A DNA stretch of 64,000 bases, from assembly GCA_963793305.1 (NCBI GenBank), contig CAWBZV010000014.1:1-64000 (forward strand), in the 5' to 3' direction. The stretch comes from an uncultured Gemmatimonadales bacterium. GTDB lineage: Bacteria; Gemmatimonadota; Gemmatimonadetes; Gemmatimonadales; Gemmatimonadaceae. Positions 40,323-51,588 of the stretch are shown here, one piece after another. The first letter of the stretch is position 1. Each line of letters starts with the position of its first letter. A program made the translations under genes and the position numbers. Below the pieces are notes generated by a model. The model was not told the origin of the DNA. It was given only the letters and a program-made list of their open reading frames with translations, and searched no databases.

Positions 40323-40742
40323 GTGAGCCTCGCCCAGCGACTGGTAGGCGTCTGGCGCCTCGTGTCCTTCGAGGTGCATTCGCAAGACCAGCCAATACGG
40401 CACCCGTTTGGGCGCGATGTCGTCGGCGTCTTGATTTACACCGCCAATGGTACCATGTCCGGCCAACTGATGCGCCCCGATCGATCCTCCTTCGTGTCGT
40501 CGACGATCACGCGCGGCAGCGACGCCGAGTTGGTTGAAGCGGCCACCGGATACGTAGCGTACGCAGGGACATATAGCGTTGACGAAGCGGAGCACATCGT
40601 CACGCATCATGTCACGATGAGCCTCTTCCCCAACCTCGTTGGGACGGACCAACCCAGGCGCGTGGTCATCGAGGGCGACCGGCTGGAGCTGCGAACGCCG
40701 CCCGAGGGCGGACGCGTCATGATCCTTCGGTGGCAGCGCTAA
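40323..40742 (+). CDS. Lipocalin-like domain protein
   Basis: LVGVWRLVSF, G.LIYT..G.MS, Y.AYAGTY, PNLVG..Q.R. Confidence 0.8.
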   Translation: MSLAQRLVGVWRLVSFEVHSQDQPIRHPFGRDVVGVLIYTANGTMSGQLMRPDRSSFVSSTITRGSDAELVEAATGYVAYAGTYSVDEAEHIVTHHVTMSLFPNLVGTDQPRRVVIEGDRLELRTPPEGGRVMILRWQR

Positions 40743-40751
40743 GTTTCGGCC

Positions 40752-41273
40752 ATGGATCCCCGCTACCCGATCGGTCGCTTCCAGCGACCCACGTCAATCG
40801 ACACCGAGACGCTGCACGCCGCCATCCAGGCGATCGCCGAGGCCCCGGCGCGGCTGCGCGCGGCGGTCGAAGGCCTGACGCCCGACCAGCTGAACACGCC
40901 CTATCGCGACGGTGGATGGACCGTGCGCCAGGTCGTCCATCATGTCCCCGAGAGTCATCTCAACGCGTACACGCGATGTAAGCTGGCATTGACGGAGTCG
41001 CATCCCCTCATCAAGCCGTACGACGAGAATGCGTGGGCGCAGACGTTGGATGTCGAGACGACGCCGATCGGCATCTCGATGCTCATGCTGGAGGCGCTCC
41101 ACGCACGGTGGGTGTTGCTCCTCCGAAGCCTGCAATCGGATCAGTGGGCGAGGACGTACCGGCATCCAGAGTCGGGCGACTGGCGCCTCGATCAGCTGGC
41201 GACACTGTATGCGTGGCATGGCCAGCACCACGTGGCGCACATTACCGAGCTCCGACAACGCTCCGGGTGGTGA
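40752..41273 (+). CDS. YfiT/BstA-like DinB-family thiol transferase
   Basis: RYPIG, TPYR.GGW..RQVVHH...SH, LH.RW, YAWHG.HH.AHI. Confidence 0.9.
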   Translation: MDPRYPIGRFQRPTSIDTETLHAAIQAIAEAPARLRAAVEGLTPDQLNTPYRDGGWTVRQVVHHVPESHLNAYTRCKLALTESHPLIKPYDENAWAQTLDVETTPIGISMLMLEALHARWVLLLRSLQSDQWARTYRHPESGDWRLDQLATLYAWHGQHHVAHITELRQRSGW

Positions 41274-41277
41274 TCGG

Positions 41278-41306
41278 CGCTGTATACTGCTTGCTTGTAT
41301 ACAGCG
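41278..41306. promoter_or_regulatory. 10-bp inverted repeat (operator or terminator)
   Basis: CGCTGTATAC-9nt-GTATACAGCG, overlapping TATACT. Confidence 0.5.
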
Positions 41307-41328
41307 TTTAGCGCATGTTTACGATGCC

Positions 41329-42600
41329 ATGAGTCGGCGACGCGCGAAATCCCCGGCCGACCGGGCTCGTCCCGCACAACCAAGCGCCCATCGCGCATTC
41401 CTCGACGCGCACGCGAGCGCAACGGACACGCTGGCGGCGCAACGCGAGGCCCGAGCCGGTCTGTACGTGCTGCAGTTGGCCGATTCCCTACGGGTCGGCC
41501 TCCCGCGGGAGCAGCGGCCGACGCCGCGCGAGTTGCGAGCGGCGCGCCGCCTGGTCGCCGATGTCGAGCCCGCGGCGATTCGCGATACCCTCGACCGCGT
41601 GCTCGATGCGGTGACCAATGCGTGCGGCGGCACGAGGCCGTTCGTCGCGGTGCGACTCATGGCGTACGCCCGCGTGTTGTTGAACGACTCGCGCTGGGCC
41701 CAGGCGGCGGATGTCTATCAGACGTTCATTGCGCACGCCGCGACGCCCGAAGATTTCAAGTGGATCCCTGACGCGTATCGGCGCCTGGCTTATGCCCTCC
41801 GCAGCCAGGGGCAGCCCGATGGCGCCGCGGCCGCGGTGCGCATGGGGTTGGCCGTTGCCGCCTCGCTTGGCGACGTTGAGACAGGCCTGCGCCTCAGAAT
41901 CTCCGCGGCGGCGCTGGAGCGGCTGCGGGGGAATGTCGACGGTGCGGACGCGATGCTCGTCGACGTGATCGCCGCGGCCGAGCGACATGCCTTACCGATC
42001 GTTCGCGCATTCGCGGTCCACGACCGTGGGACGATTGCCTACCAGCACGGCCGACTGCGCGATGCCGTGATGCAGTTCTACGAGGCCTGGCAGACCTACG
42101 TCGAGCCCATCAACCGGGACCGCGCGCTGGGTGACATGGCGATGGTGCTCGCCGATCTCGGCTTACGGGATCGTGCCCGCGATGCCTTTCTCATCATCTC
42201 GGGCACGACGGTCGAGCCGGAAACGCGGATGGTGGCGATGCTGAACCTCTTGGAGCTGGCAGCGAAGGACGGCCATGAGGCCGCGTTCGAGCAGTATCGC
42301 CAGGCGCTGGCGCGCGAGAGTCTCCCGGCGCGCATCCATGCCCGCTATTACCTCACGCTCGCCAAGGGATGGGAGCAGCTCGGTCGGCCGGCGGACGCCA
42401 AGACCGCCGCCGCCAAGGCCATATCGGTGGCGTCGCAGCACGGGATCGACCTCACGAGCCTGAACGACCCTGCCCCCGCGCCGGCGCTGCCACCGTCGCT
42501 CGAAGAGCAGGAGCAGGACCATCTGCGACTCGCGCATGTCGTCCGCGCGCTGGAGGTGGCGACCGGACACGCCGCGCTCGATCGTGCCCGAGCTCCCTGA
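41329..42600 (+). CDS. Cytoplasmic TPR-like protein, paralogue 2
   Basis: Shares HDRG, ARDAF, NL..LA, FE.YR..LA and AHVV.A with 33711..34952. Confidence 0.82.
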   Translation: MSRRRAKSPADRARPAQPSAHRAFLDAHASATDTLAAQREARAGLYVLQLADSLRVGLPREQRPTPRELRAARRLVADVEPAAIRDTLDRVLDAVTNACGGTRPFVAVRLMAYARVLLNDSRWAQAADVYQTFIAHAATPEDFKWIPDAYRRLAYALRSQGQPDGAAAAVRMGLAVAASLGDVETGLRLRISAAALERLRGNVDGADAMLVDVIAAAERHALPIVRAFAVHDRGTIAYQHGRLRDAVMQFYEAWQTYVEPINRDRALGDMAMVLADLGLRDRARDAFLIISGTTVEPETRMVAMLNLLELAAKDGHEAAFEQYRQALARESLPARIHARYYLTLAKGWEQLGRPADAKTAAAKAISVASQHGIDLTSLNDPAPAPALPPSLEEQEQDHLRLAHVVRALEVATGHAALDRARAP

Positions 42601-43468
42601 CGTTGTCGTCTACCTCGAGCGACTGACCGCGCGCATCGTCGGTCTCGAGCTCGAGCGCCTGCGGATTCTCAACCCGTTCGTGTTGCGCTCGGTCTCGCCA
42701 CCAACATCGGACGCGGACGGCCGCCGCGTGACCGGCGTGCGGCGCATCGGCAAGCGCATCGTGCTCGCGTTGGAGGGCGACCTCTTCATCGTCATCGACC
42801 TCATGATCGCCGGTCGCTTGCGCTGGCGCGCGAAGGACAAGCCGATACGCGGGAAGCTCGCGCAAGCCGCCCTGGAGTTTGCCGACGGCACGCTCTTTCT
42901 CACCGAGGCCGGATCGAAACGACGGGCGTCCATCAACCTGGTCTCGGGCGAAGCGGCGCTGGCCGAGATCGACCGGGGCGGACTGGAGCCACTCACGGCC
43001 GATCTCGAGACGTTCTCCGCGCGGCTCGTGTCCGAGAGCCATACACTCAAGCGGGCGTTGACCGATCCACGGTTATTCAGTGGGATTGGCAACTCGTACT
43101 CCGACGAGATCTTGCATCGCGCCCGATTGTCGCCGCTGACGCTCACGCGGCGGTTGTCGGCCGAGGAGATCGAGCGACTCTACGTGGCGACCAAGGAGAC
43201 GCTCATCGAATGGACCGCGCGGCTCCGGGCTGACGTGGGGGAGGGATTCCCCGAGAAGGTGACCGCGTTCCGCGAAGGCATGGCGGTTCATGGGCGCTAT
43301 CGCCAACCGTGCCCGGTGTGTGGATCTCCAGTCCAGCGCATCGTGTATGCAGAGAACGAAACGAACTACTGCGCCCGTTGTCAGACGGGCGGCAAGCTCC
43401 TGGCAGATCGGGCCCTCTCCCGACTGTTACGTGACGATTGGCCGAGGTCGATAGACGAGGTCGAGTAG
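42584..43468 (+). CDS. Fpg/Nei family DNA glycosylase
   Basis: GTG-PELPDV, GIGNSYSDE, C4 zinc finger CPVC...CARCQ. Confidence 0.9.
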   Translation: MPELPDVVVYLERLTARIVGLELERLRILNPFVLRSVSPPTSDADGRRVTGVRRIGKRIVLALEGDLFIVIDLMIAGRLRWRAKDKPIRGKLAQAALEFADGTLFLTEAGSKRRASINLVSGEAALAEIDRGGLEPLTADLETFSARLVSESHTLKRALTDPRLFSGIGNSYSDEILHRARLSPLTLTRRLSAEEIERLYVATKETLIEWTARLRADVGEGFPEKVTAFREGMAVHGRYRQPCPVCGSPVQRIVYAENETNYCARCQTGGKLLADRALSRLLRDDWPRSIDEVE

Positions 43469-44452
43469 GTGTACGCGAGCTGTCTCTTCTGCAATCGCTC
43501 ACTCGGTGCGAACGAGATCATTGACCGGTTTCCCGTCGGCCGCCGGCTCGCGTTCGATCCAGCGAAGGGCCGCCTGTGGGTCGTGTGCCCGCATTGCCAT
43601 CAATGGAACCTCACGCCGCTCGAAGAACGGTGGGAGGCGATCGAAGACGCCGAGCGACGATTCCGCGACGCCAAACGCCGCGTGTCGACCGGCGAGATCG
43701 GTCTCGCGCGATTGCCGGAAGGCGTCGAGCTGATTCGCATCGGCCAACCGTTGCTCCCGGAGATGGCGGCGTGGCGATACGGGCCGCGTCTGTTGCGGCG
43801 ACGGGTGCAAGCACTGGCGGTGGTCGGGGCGGCGGCGATCGTGGGCGCCGGCGCCATCATCGGCGGCGTGGAGGCCGGCATAATCACGAGTGTCCCGTTC
43901 GTGTTCGTCTGGAACGGACGCCGAATCGCCCGGTGGATCTACGGGAGTCGCGTCATCGCGCAGATTCCCGATGGCAGCAACATCCCGCTGATCGTGCGAT
44001 ACCGTCACCTCACGGCCAGCCGCTTGGCGCCGGCGCCGGCCGGACGCTGGAAGTTGGCCATCTGTCACGACTTCGGGATGCGCATTTTCCACGATGACCA
44101 AGCGCTGGCCCCGGCGCGGCAACTGCTCGCGGGCATCAACACGTTCGGTGGCACGCGGGCGCAGCTCAACAGCGCGGTCGACCTCCTCGCGGGGGTCAAG
44201 AGCGCGAACGAATATTTCGGCCACGTGGTAACGAATCACCAGTCGGGGCTCGCGAACGGCTTGGACGGGTTGCCCGTGACCGTTCGCCTGGCGCTGGAGA
44301 TGGCGGCCCACGAGGAGTCGGAGCGCCGAGCCATGGAAGGCGAGCTCGCCGAGTTAGCCGAGGCGTGGCGGCGGGCGGAGGAGATTGCGGCGATCGCCGA
44401 CAACATGTTCCTCCCGCCATCGGTTGACGCCTTCTTTCGTCGTTTAGCTTAA
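43469..44452 (+). CDS. Hypothetical protein with N-terminal CxxC...CxxC zinc ribbon and a TM segment
   Basis: CLFC, CPHC; C-terminal ALEMAAHEE.ERRA.EGEL. Confidence 0.75.
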   Translation: MYASCLFCNRSLGANEIIDRFPVGRRLAFDPAKGRLWVVCPHCHQWNLTPLEERWEAIEDAERRFRDAKRRVSTGEIGLARLPEGVELIRIGQPLLPEMAAWRYGPRLLRRRVQALAVVGAAAIVGAGAIIGGVEAGIITSVPFVFVWNGRRIARWIYGSRVIAQIPDGSNIPLIVRYRHLTASRLAPAPAGRWKLAICHDFGMRIFHDDQALAPARQLLAGINTFGGTRAQLNSAVDLLAGVKSANEYFGHVVTNHQSGLANGLDGLPVTVRLALEMAAHEESERRAMEGELAELAEAWRRAEEIAAIADNMFLPPSVDAFFRRLA

Positions 44453-44455
44453 GGG

Positions 44456-46255
44456 ATGCCGAAAGAGAAGTACAACGAAAAGCGCGCTTGGCGCGAGGCG
44501 CGCACGCTCGCGTGGCGCCACCGGGTGTCCTTGTCGCTCGGGTTGCTCGTGATGCTCGTCAACGTGGCGCTGACGCCCGTGTTGCCCGCGGCGCCGAAAT
44601 TCCTGATCGACAAGGTGCTCCTCAAGCACGACACGACCTGGCTCGTGCCGATCGTGGCGGCGATCGGCGCCGCGACGCTGATCCGCGTGATCACCTCGTT
44701 CGCCCTCTCGCAAATCGTGAGCATTGCGGCGCAGCGGGCGATCACGGACTTACGGAAGCAGGTCGAGCGTCACGTCTTGCGTCTCCCGGTCTCGTACTTC
44801 GACTCGACGAAATCCGGCATCCTCGTCACGCGCATCATGACCGACGCCGAGGGCGTGCGGAACATCGTGGGGACCGGGCTCATTCAACTGGTGAGCGGCG
44901 TGCTGACCGCGATCATTGCACTGATCGCCTTGCTCTACTTCAACTGGCGCCTGACCCTGTTCGCGATCGTCGTGCTCGGCGCGTTCGGCGCGATGATGTC
45001 GTATGCGTTCAGCAAACTGCGGCCGCTGTTTCGGGAACGGAGCATCATCACGGCCGACGTCACCGGTCGCCTCACCGAGTCGCTGGGCGGCGTTCGGACG
45101 TTGAAGGTGTACGTGGCGGAACGCCGCGAGCAGGTGGTGTTCGCGAAGGGCGTGCACCGGTTGTTCCGGAACATCGCCAAGACGATCACGGGGACATCGG
45201 CGGTGGGCGCTGGGGCGACCGCCACGGCCGGGCTCCTCGGTGTGATCGTCGGCCTGGGTGGAGCGCGCGCGGTCCTCGCGGGCACGATGACGATCGGAGA
45301 TCTCTTCAGCTACACGTTCTTCATTGCCCTCATGGCCTTCCCGCTCATTCAGATCGCGTCGATCGGCACGCAGGTGAGCGAGGCGTTCGCGGGGCTCGAT
45401 CGCATTCGCGAGATCATGGACATGAAGACCGAGGACGATCACGATCGGGAGCACGCGCCGCTGACGAACGTGCAGGGCGACGTCGCGTTCGATCGCGTGA
45501 GCTTCGCATACGTCGCGAGTCAGCCCGTCTTGCACGATCTGAGCTTTTCGGCCCCGGCGGGGACAACCACGGCGCTGGTCGGGTCCAGCGGATCGGGAAA
45601 GAGCACGACCCTGTCGCTCCTCATGGCGTTCGCCAAGCCCGACTCGGGCCGCATCCTGATCGACGGCCAGGATCTGGCGAGCACGCGCATCCGCGACTAT
45701 CGATCCCACCTCGGCGTCGTCATGCAGGATAACTTCTTGTTTGACGGTAGCGTGAAAGACAACATCGCGTTCGCCAAACCCGGCGCGACGGACGCCGAGG
45801 TGCGGCTCGCGGCGAAGATCGCGCATTGCAATGAGTTCGTGGATCGGTTTCCGAACGGATATGACACCATCGTCGGCGAGCGCGGGGTCAAACTCTCGGG
45901 CGGTCAGCGCCAGCGTGTGGCCATTGCTCGGGCGATCATCGCCGATCCGCGCATCTTGATCCTCGACGAGGCGACGTCGAGCCTCGACAGCGAGACCGAG
46001 GCGTTGATCCGGGATGGGCTCACGGCGCTCCGATCAGGACGCACGACGTTCGTGATCGCGCACCGGCTCTCCACCATCGAGAGCGCGGACCAGATCCTCG
46101 TCCTCGAGGGTGGTCGGATCGTCGAGCGCGGACGTCACGAAGAGCTGCTGGCGCTGGGTGGCCGATATCGGCAACTCTACAACCGGCAATACGGCTTGGA
46201 GACCGATCTCTTCGCTAACCCTGGCGAGGAGGACGTGACTCCGGTGCCGGCCTGA
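44456..46255 (+). CDS. ABC exporter, fused permease and ATPase (MsbA-like)
   Basis: GSSGSGKS, LSGGQRQR, ILDEATS, IAHRLST. Confidence 0.93.
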   Translation: MPKEKYNEKRAWREARTLAWRHRVSLSLGLLVMLVNVALTPVLPAAPKFLIDKVLLKHDTTWLVPIVAAIGAATLIRVITSFALSQIVSIAAQRAITDLRKQVERHVLRLPVSYFDSTKSGILVTRIMTDAEGVRNIVGTGLIQLVSGVLTAIIALIALLYFNWRLTLFAIVVLGAFGAMMSYAFSKLRPLFRERSIITADVTGRLTESLGGVRTLKVYVAERREQVVFAKGVHRLFRNIAKTITGTSAVGAGATATAGLLGVIVGLGGARAVLAGTMTIGDLFSYTFFIALMAFPLIQIASIGTQVSEAFAGLDRIREIMDMKTEDDHDREHAPLTNVQGDVAFDRVSFAYVASQPVLHDLSFSAPAGTTTALVGSSGSGKSTTLSLLMAFAKPDSGRILIDGQDLASTRIRDYRSHLGVVMQDNFLFDGSVKDNIAFAKPGATDAEVRLAAKIAHCNEFVDRFPNGYDTIVGERGVKLSGGQRQRVAIARAIIADPRILILDEATSSLDSETEALIRDGLTALRSGRTTFVIAHRLSTIESADQILVLEGGRIVERGRHEELLALGGRYRQLYNRQYGLETDLFANPGEEDVTPVPA

Positions 46256-46619
46256 CCTCGGAGATATCGGGGCGGAGGCTCTGCGCGTCGCCCAGATACA
46301 CGTGTTGGATGGCGGAGCGCTGGCGGTCGCTCTCCACGTGCAGCAACACCCGGATGCAGTGGGCCATGGCCCCCGGCACGGGAATCTCCATCGTGCACAG
46401 CAACGGCACGTCGAGCCAGCCCATCGACCGCGCGGCCATGGCAGGGAAGGCGCTGGTCAGATCGGGCGTGACCGTGAAGATCACCGAGATGATGTGATCG
46501 AGGTCGATCCCATTACGGGCGATGATCTCGGAGAGCAGCTCGCGCGTGGCGGCGTAGACGAGCTCAGGGGCATCCCGCTCGACCGTGATGGCGCCCCGAA
46601 TGGCGCGAAGCCGCATCAT
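46215..46619 (-). CDS. aroH: Chorismate mutase, AroH class
   Basis: RAIRGAITV, FTVTPDL...FPA..AR, PLLC..E, CIR, HVYL..A..LRPD. Confidence 0.92.
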   Translation of the reverse strand: MMRLRAIRGAITVERDAPELVYAATRELLSEIIARNGIDLDHIISVIFTVTPDLTSAFPAMAARSMGWLDVPLLCTMEIPVPGAMAHCIRVLLHVESDRQRSAIQHVYLGDAQSLRPDISEVRPAPESRPPRQG

Positions 46620-48287
46620 GGGAGGCGGCGCTCCGGGCGATAGGGAATCAGATCGAGCAACTCGCCGGCGCGGACGCGTGTCTGACGGTCGCGCCACCAC
46701 ATCACGTCGAGCAGGTCGCCGTGGGCGGCGAGAAACGCGTCGCGCAGTGCGCCGGGCGGAACGAGAAACGCGCGGAATTCTTCGGGGAACACGTCGTGAT
46801 CTCCAACATGGTACGCCGGTTCGGCCGCCATCTCTTCGTCAACGTCGACCGCGCGGGGAATCTCGCGAAAATTGCACTCGGAGAGCAGGGCCAGCTCATC
46901 GTAATCGTAACAGATCACTCGTCCATGTCTCGTGACGCCAAAGTTCTTGAGCAGCATGTCCCCGGTGAAGATATCAGCGCCCGCGAGATCTTTGATGGCG
47001 GTGCCGTAATCGAGCGCCGCGCGTTGCGCTTCCTCCGGATTGGCCTGCTTGAGATACAGATTCAGCGGCGTGACCCGGCGCTCGGTGTAGAGATGCCGGA
47101 CCACGACGCGGTCGCCATCCACTCGCACGGTGCGGCCGCAGGTCGCCAGCAGATCATCGAGCAGTGGTCGGGCGAAGCGCGCGACCGGAAATTCCATGGA
47201 CTCGAACTCCTGCGCATCCGCCAATCGCCCCACGCGATCCCGAACGAAGACAAAACGATATCGATCCATGACTCCCCGCCGCGTGGTGCGCTTGGGGAAT
47301 CCGAATGCGTCCTTGATGATCTTGAAGACGACGTTGAACGAGGGCAGCGTGAACACGCTCATGACGGTCCCCACGTCGCCCTCGGCGATCTCGAATCGGG
47401 CGTCGGGTCGCTCCAGGTGCCGCATGAGGCTTCGATAGAGCTCGGTCTTGCCGTGCCGATTATACCCGATCGCCGTGTAGAGCTCGTCGACGCGCTTGCT
47501 CGGCATCATCGACGCCAGAAAACCGACGAGCGCACGCGGACGGTCGATGTCCACATGGAAATAGGACCAGCTGAAACCGAACACGACGGACGCTTCGTCC
47601 GCCGTCGGCAACGCCGCGTCGACCCGTATTCCGCGCGGCCCGTTCATGAGCGCGAGGATGAACGGCCGCGGTCGCCCGGTTTTCCGACGAATGCGGCTGA
47701 CGATATACGCGCCTTTGTTCCGATAGAATATCGCGGGGACTACGTCCACCGCGACGATTGGCTCGTGGACTCCCGCGATGGATGCCGAGAGTACGGCGTC
47801 GTGGCGGAGATCGGTCCATGGAATCGAGAAATCGAAGAGGCCCAGAATATCTGAGACCGTCGCCGCGTCGAGGCGGGATGCGTGGAGCGTGACGAACGGA
47901 GGATCGCCGTCAGGTGGCTCGTCGGGCGCCGTGAAGTCGATCTCGGGGTCGCTCCCAATGGTCCCCCGAATGCGCCGTACGACCGAGTTGAAAAAGCTCT
48001 CGGCGATCTCGGCGTCGTTCCGCGTGCAGACCAGCGCGCGGTACGCGCGCTTGACCAGGGCCCAGTCCGGCGCCGTGTGCCAGGCGCGAACGGCCGCGAC
48101 CGTGGCGGCCACGCGTTCCTCGTACAACGCCAGGCGGGCCGACGCGCTCGCTTGGGCCGCGCTCCACTCGCGTTCCTCGAAATGGCCGCGCGCGCGCCGG
48201 GTGATGTAACGAAAGGCGTCGTGGTACGATCCAAACGCGGTCGCGAGAACAGAGGCAAGCGCCTGGGCGTCGTTTATTATTGTCGGC

Positions 48288-48289
<2 letters not shown>
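46616..48289 (-). CDS. aceK: Isocitrate dehydrogenase kinase/phosphatase
   Basis: [65 protein letters not shown]. Start uncertain. Confidence 0.92.
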
Positions 48290-49525
<1,236 letters not shown>

Positions 49526-49529
<4 letters not shown>

Positions 49530-49627
49530 TTGGGGGTCCGGGGGGCGTAGTTTGCCCCCCGGAGGCGAACAGACCAGTCGAGCAGCGTAGTGTGCTGCAT
49601 CGACGAGCCGCGGAGCGGCTTTACTAC
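49526..49627. repeat. Intergenic multi-hairpin repeat, copy 2 (GTAG...CTAC ends)
   Basis: Stems CCGGGGGGC/GCCCCCCGG and GTCGAGCAGC/GCTGC(A)TCGAC, loops starting GTAG. Confidence 0.88.
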
Positions 49628-49944
49628 GCGCGCCAGTGGCCTTCGACCCAGTACCAGGCGCCGTTGCGCTCGTACCAGTGGCCGGGGACCCAGCGCGTGT
49701 AGCCGGCGGGGCGCTGCTGCCAGTGACCCGGTACCCACACGTACGCTGCGGCCACGCCGTCCCACCGGTAGTGGCCGCGGACCCACACGTGCTCGGCCGA
49801 CGGCTGGGCCGGAACCACTTCGACGACTTCCGACGGCGGGGCGCTGCGAACGTATACGACGCCCGGGGGCGGCGGCGGTGGCGGCGGGCCGCCGCAGCCG
49901 ACCATGCCGATCAGGCACGCGACAGCGAGAAGCTTTGATTTCAT
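49624..49944 (-). CDS. YXWGXW-repeat lipoprotein
   Basis: GAGG RBS, MVGC lipobox, poly-Pro, repeated WV.GHW. Confidence 0.85.
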   Translation of the reverse strand: MKSKLLAVACLIGMVGCGGPPPPPPPPGVVYVRSAPPSEVVEVVPAQPSAEHVWVRGHYRWDGVAAAYVWVPGHWQQRPAGYTRWVPGHWYERNGAWYWVEGHWRA

Positions 49945-50121
49945 GTGGTCCTCATAAGTGTTGATGTAAGGACGGCTGAGCCGCTGAGACGTTAACCAGC
50001 AGGTGCAGAAAAACGCACGCTGCTCGTTAACGAACGTCGGTTGGACTGAGCTCGGCTTCGCCGGAGCGGGTCCCCCGAACGGCTGATTGTAATCGTTCTT
50101 GGTCACCGGGTACGCTCCATC

Positions 50122-51078
50122 ATGGACGCGTTACTCAATGCCTATTCAGAAGCAGTAGCCGGCGCCGCCGAGCGGGCCAGTCCGGCGGTCGTCAAGATCG
50201 AAACCCGAAAGCCCGGTGGCCGCGGGCGGTCCGGGGGCTCCGGCTCCGGATTCATCTTCGCCCCGGACGGCCTCACCCTCACCAACAGTCACGTCGTGCA
50301 AGGCGCCGAGCGCGTGACCGTCTCCTTGCAAGACGGACGCACGCGCACCGCGACCGTCGTGGGCGATGATCCCTCGACCGATCTCGCGGTTCTCCGGATC
50401 GCTGGCAACGGCGAAGACGGACCGTATCCCACCGTGGAGCTGGGAGAGTCCGCGACGCTCCGCCCTGGTCAGGTCGTCATCGCCATCGGAAATCCCTACG
50501 GGTTCCAGTACACCGTGACCGCCGGCGTCGTCAGTGCGCTCGGGCGATCGCTGAGATCCCAATCCGGGCGGCTCATCGACAACGTCGTGCAGACGGACGC
50601 CGCGCTCAATCCCGGCAACTCCGGCGGACCGCTGCTGGACTCTCGAGGTCGTGTGGTCGGCGTCAACAACGCGATCATCTTGCCCGCGCAGGGCATCTGC
50701 TTCGCGATTCCCATCGACACGGCGAAGATGGTCGTGAGCGCGCTGCTCCGAGACGGGCGCGTGAAGCGGAGCTACCTCGGCCTGGGAGGCCAGACCGTTC
50801 GGATCGCGAGGCGCATCGTGCACGACCTCGCACTCGGCGAGAACACCGGCGTGCTCGTCACGAACGTCGAGCCCGAGAGTCCGGCCGCGCAAGCCGGTTT
50901 GGTCGACGGCAATGTCATCGTGCGTTTCAATGACCAGCCGGTGCAGAGCGTCGACGACCTCCATCGCGTGCTCACCGAAGAGCGCATCGGCGTGCCGGCG
51001 AAGCTTGTGCTGGTCCGAGCCGGCGCGGTCAGAACGCTTCCCATCGTGCCCGCCGAGACCCGGCCGAAAGCCGCATAA
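50122..51078 (+). CDS. HtrA-like trypsin serine protease with PDZ; no signal peptide
   Basis: GSGF, TNSHVV, DLAVL, QTDAALNPGNSGGPL. Confidence 0.93.
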   Translation: MDALLNAYSEAVAGAAERASPAVVKIETRKPGGRGRSGGSGSGFIFAPDGLTLTNSHVVQGAERVTVSLQDGRTRTATVVGDDPSTDLAVLRIAGNGEDGPYPTVELGESATLRPGQVVIAIGNPYGFQYTVTAGVVSALGRSLRSQSGRLIDNVVQTDAALNPGNSGGPLLDSRGRVVGVNNAIILPAQGICFAIPIDTAKMVVSALLRDGRVKRSYLGLGGQTVRIARRIVHDLALGENTGVLVTNVEPESPAAQAGLVDGNVIVRFNDQPVQSVDDLHRVLTEERIGVPAKLVLVRAGAVRTLPIVPAETRPKAA

Positions 51079-51115
51079 AAAAGCTCGCCGGTAGCGCCCG
51101 TACGCTCCGGCGAGC
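51077..51115 (-). terminator. Intrinsic terminator with U-tract on the minus strand
   Basis: A6 then GCTCGCCGG(T)AGCG-loop-CGCT-CCGGCGAGC. Confidence 0.75.
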
Positions 51116-51148
51116 CCACAAAACCAGACCAAGGCGGTTAAGGACCGC

Positions 51149-51190
51149 TCAGTAGGCTCCGGCGATCCGTACCACCGTAAGGCTAGACAA
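51149..51190 (-). CDS. Putative 13-aa micro-ORF (M)SSLTVVRIAGAY with an extended perfect SD
   Basis: AGGAGGTGATCCA directly before TTG; TGA at 51151-51149; terminator follows. Confidence 0.45.
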   Translation of the reverse strand: MSSLTVVRIAGAY

Positions 51191-51340
51191 TGGATCACCT
51201 CCTCTCGAATTGGGTTCAACATGAGGGGTGGACATGTGCACAATATATCCGGTTGAAGCCTTCAGGGCGAGTCGTGACAACGGGTTACGTTGCGGCGCGG
51301 TAAAAGGTCTGTTACCGTTAAGATCTCACACCGGAGACCT

Positions 51341-51562
51341 ATGGCGAAACAAGAAGCAATCGAGCTCGAAGGCACCGTAGCCGAAGTATTGCCGAACGCG
51401 ACGTTCCGCGTCGTGATGGACAACGGCCATGACGTTTTGACGACCCTTGGCGGGAACATGCGCCGCTTCCGTATCCGCGTACTCGCGGGCGACCGCGTGA
51501 AGATCGAGGTCTCCCCGTACGACCTCACTCGCGGCCGCATCACGTACCGCCACAAAGCCTGA
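51341..51562 (+). CDS. infA: Translation initiation factor IF-1
   Basis: [37 protein letters not shown]. Confidence 0.97.
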   Translation: MAKQEAIELEGTVAEVLPNATFRVVMDNGHDVLTTLGGNMRRFRIRVLAGDRVKIEVSPYDLTRGRITYRHKA

Positions 51563-51588
51563 GTAGAACGCGAGCAGCTTGGGCGCTC

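Noticed and set aside
41280..41304. LexA SOS box
   Set aside because: CTGT...ACAG spacing is 17 nt, not the 8 nt of the proteobacterial box.
51191..51203. 16S rRNA gene fragment
   Set aside because: Only the 13-nt tail matches; the conserved 16S sequence that should precede it is absent.
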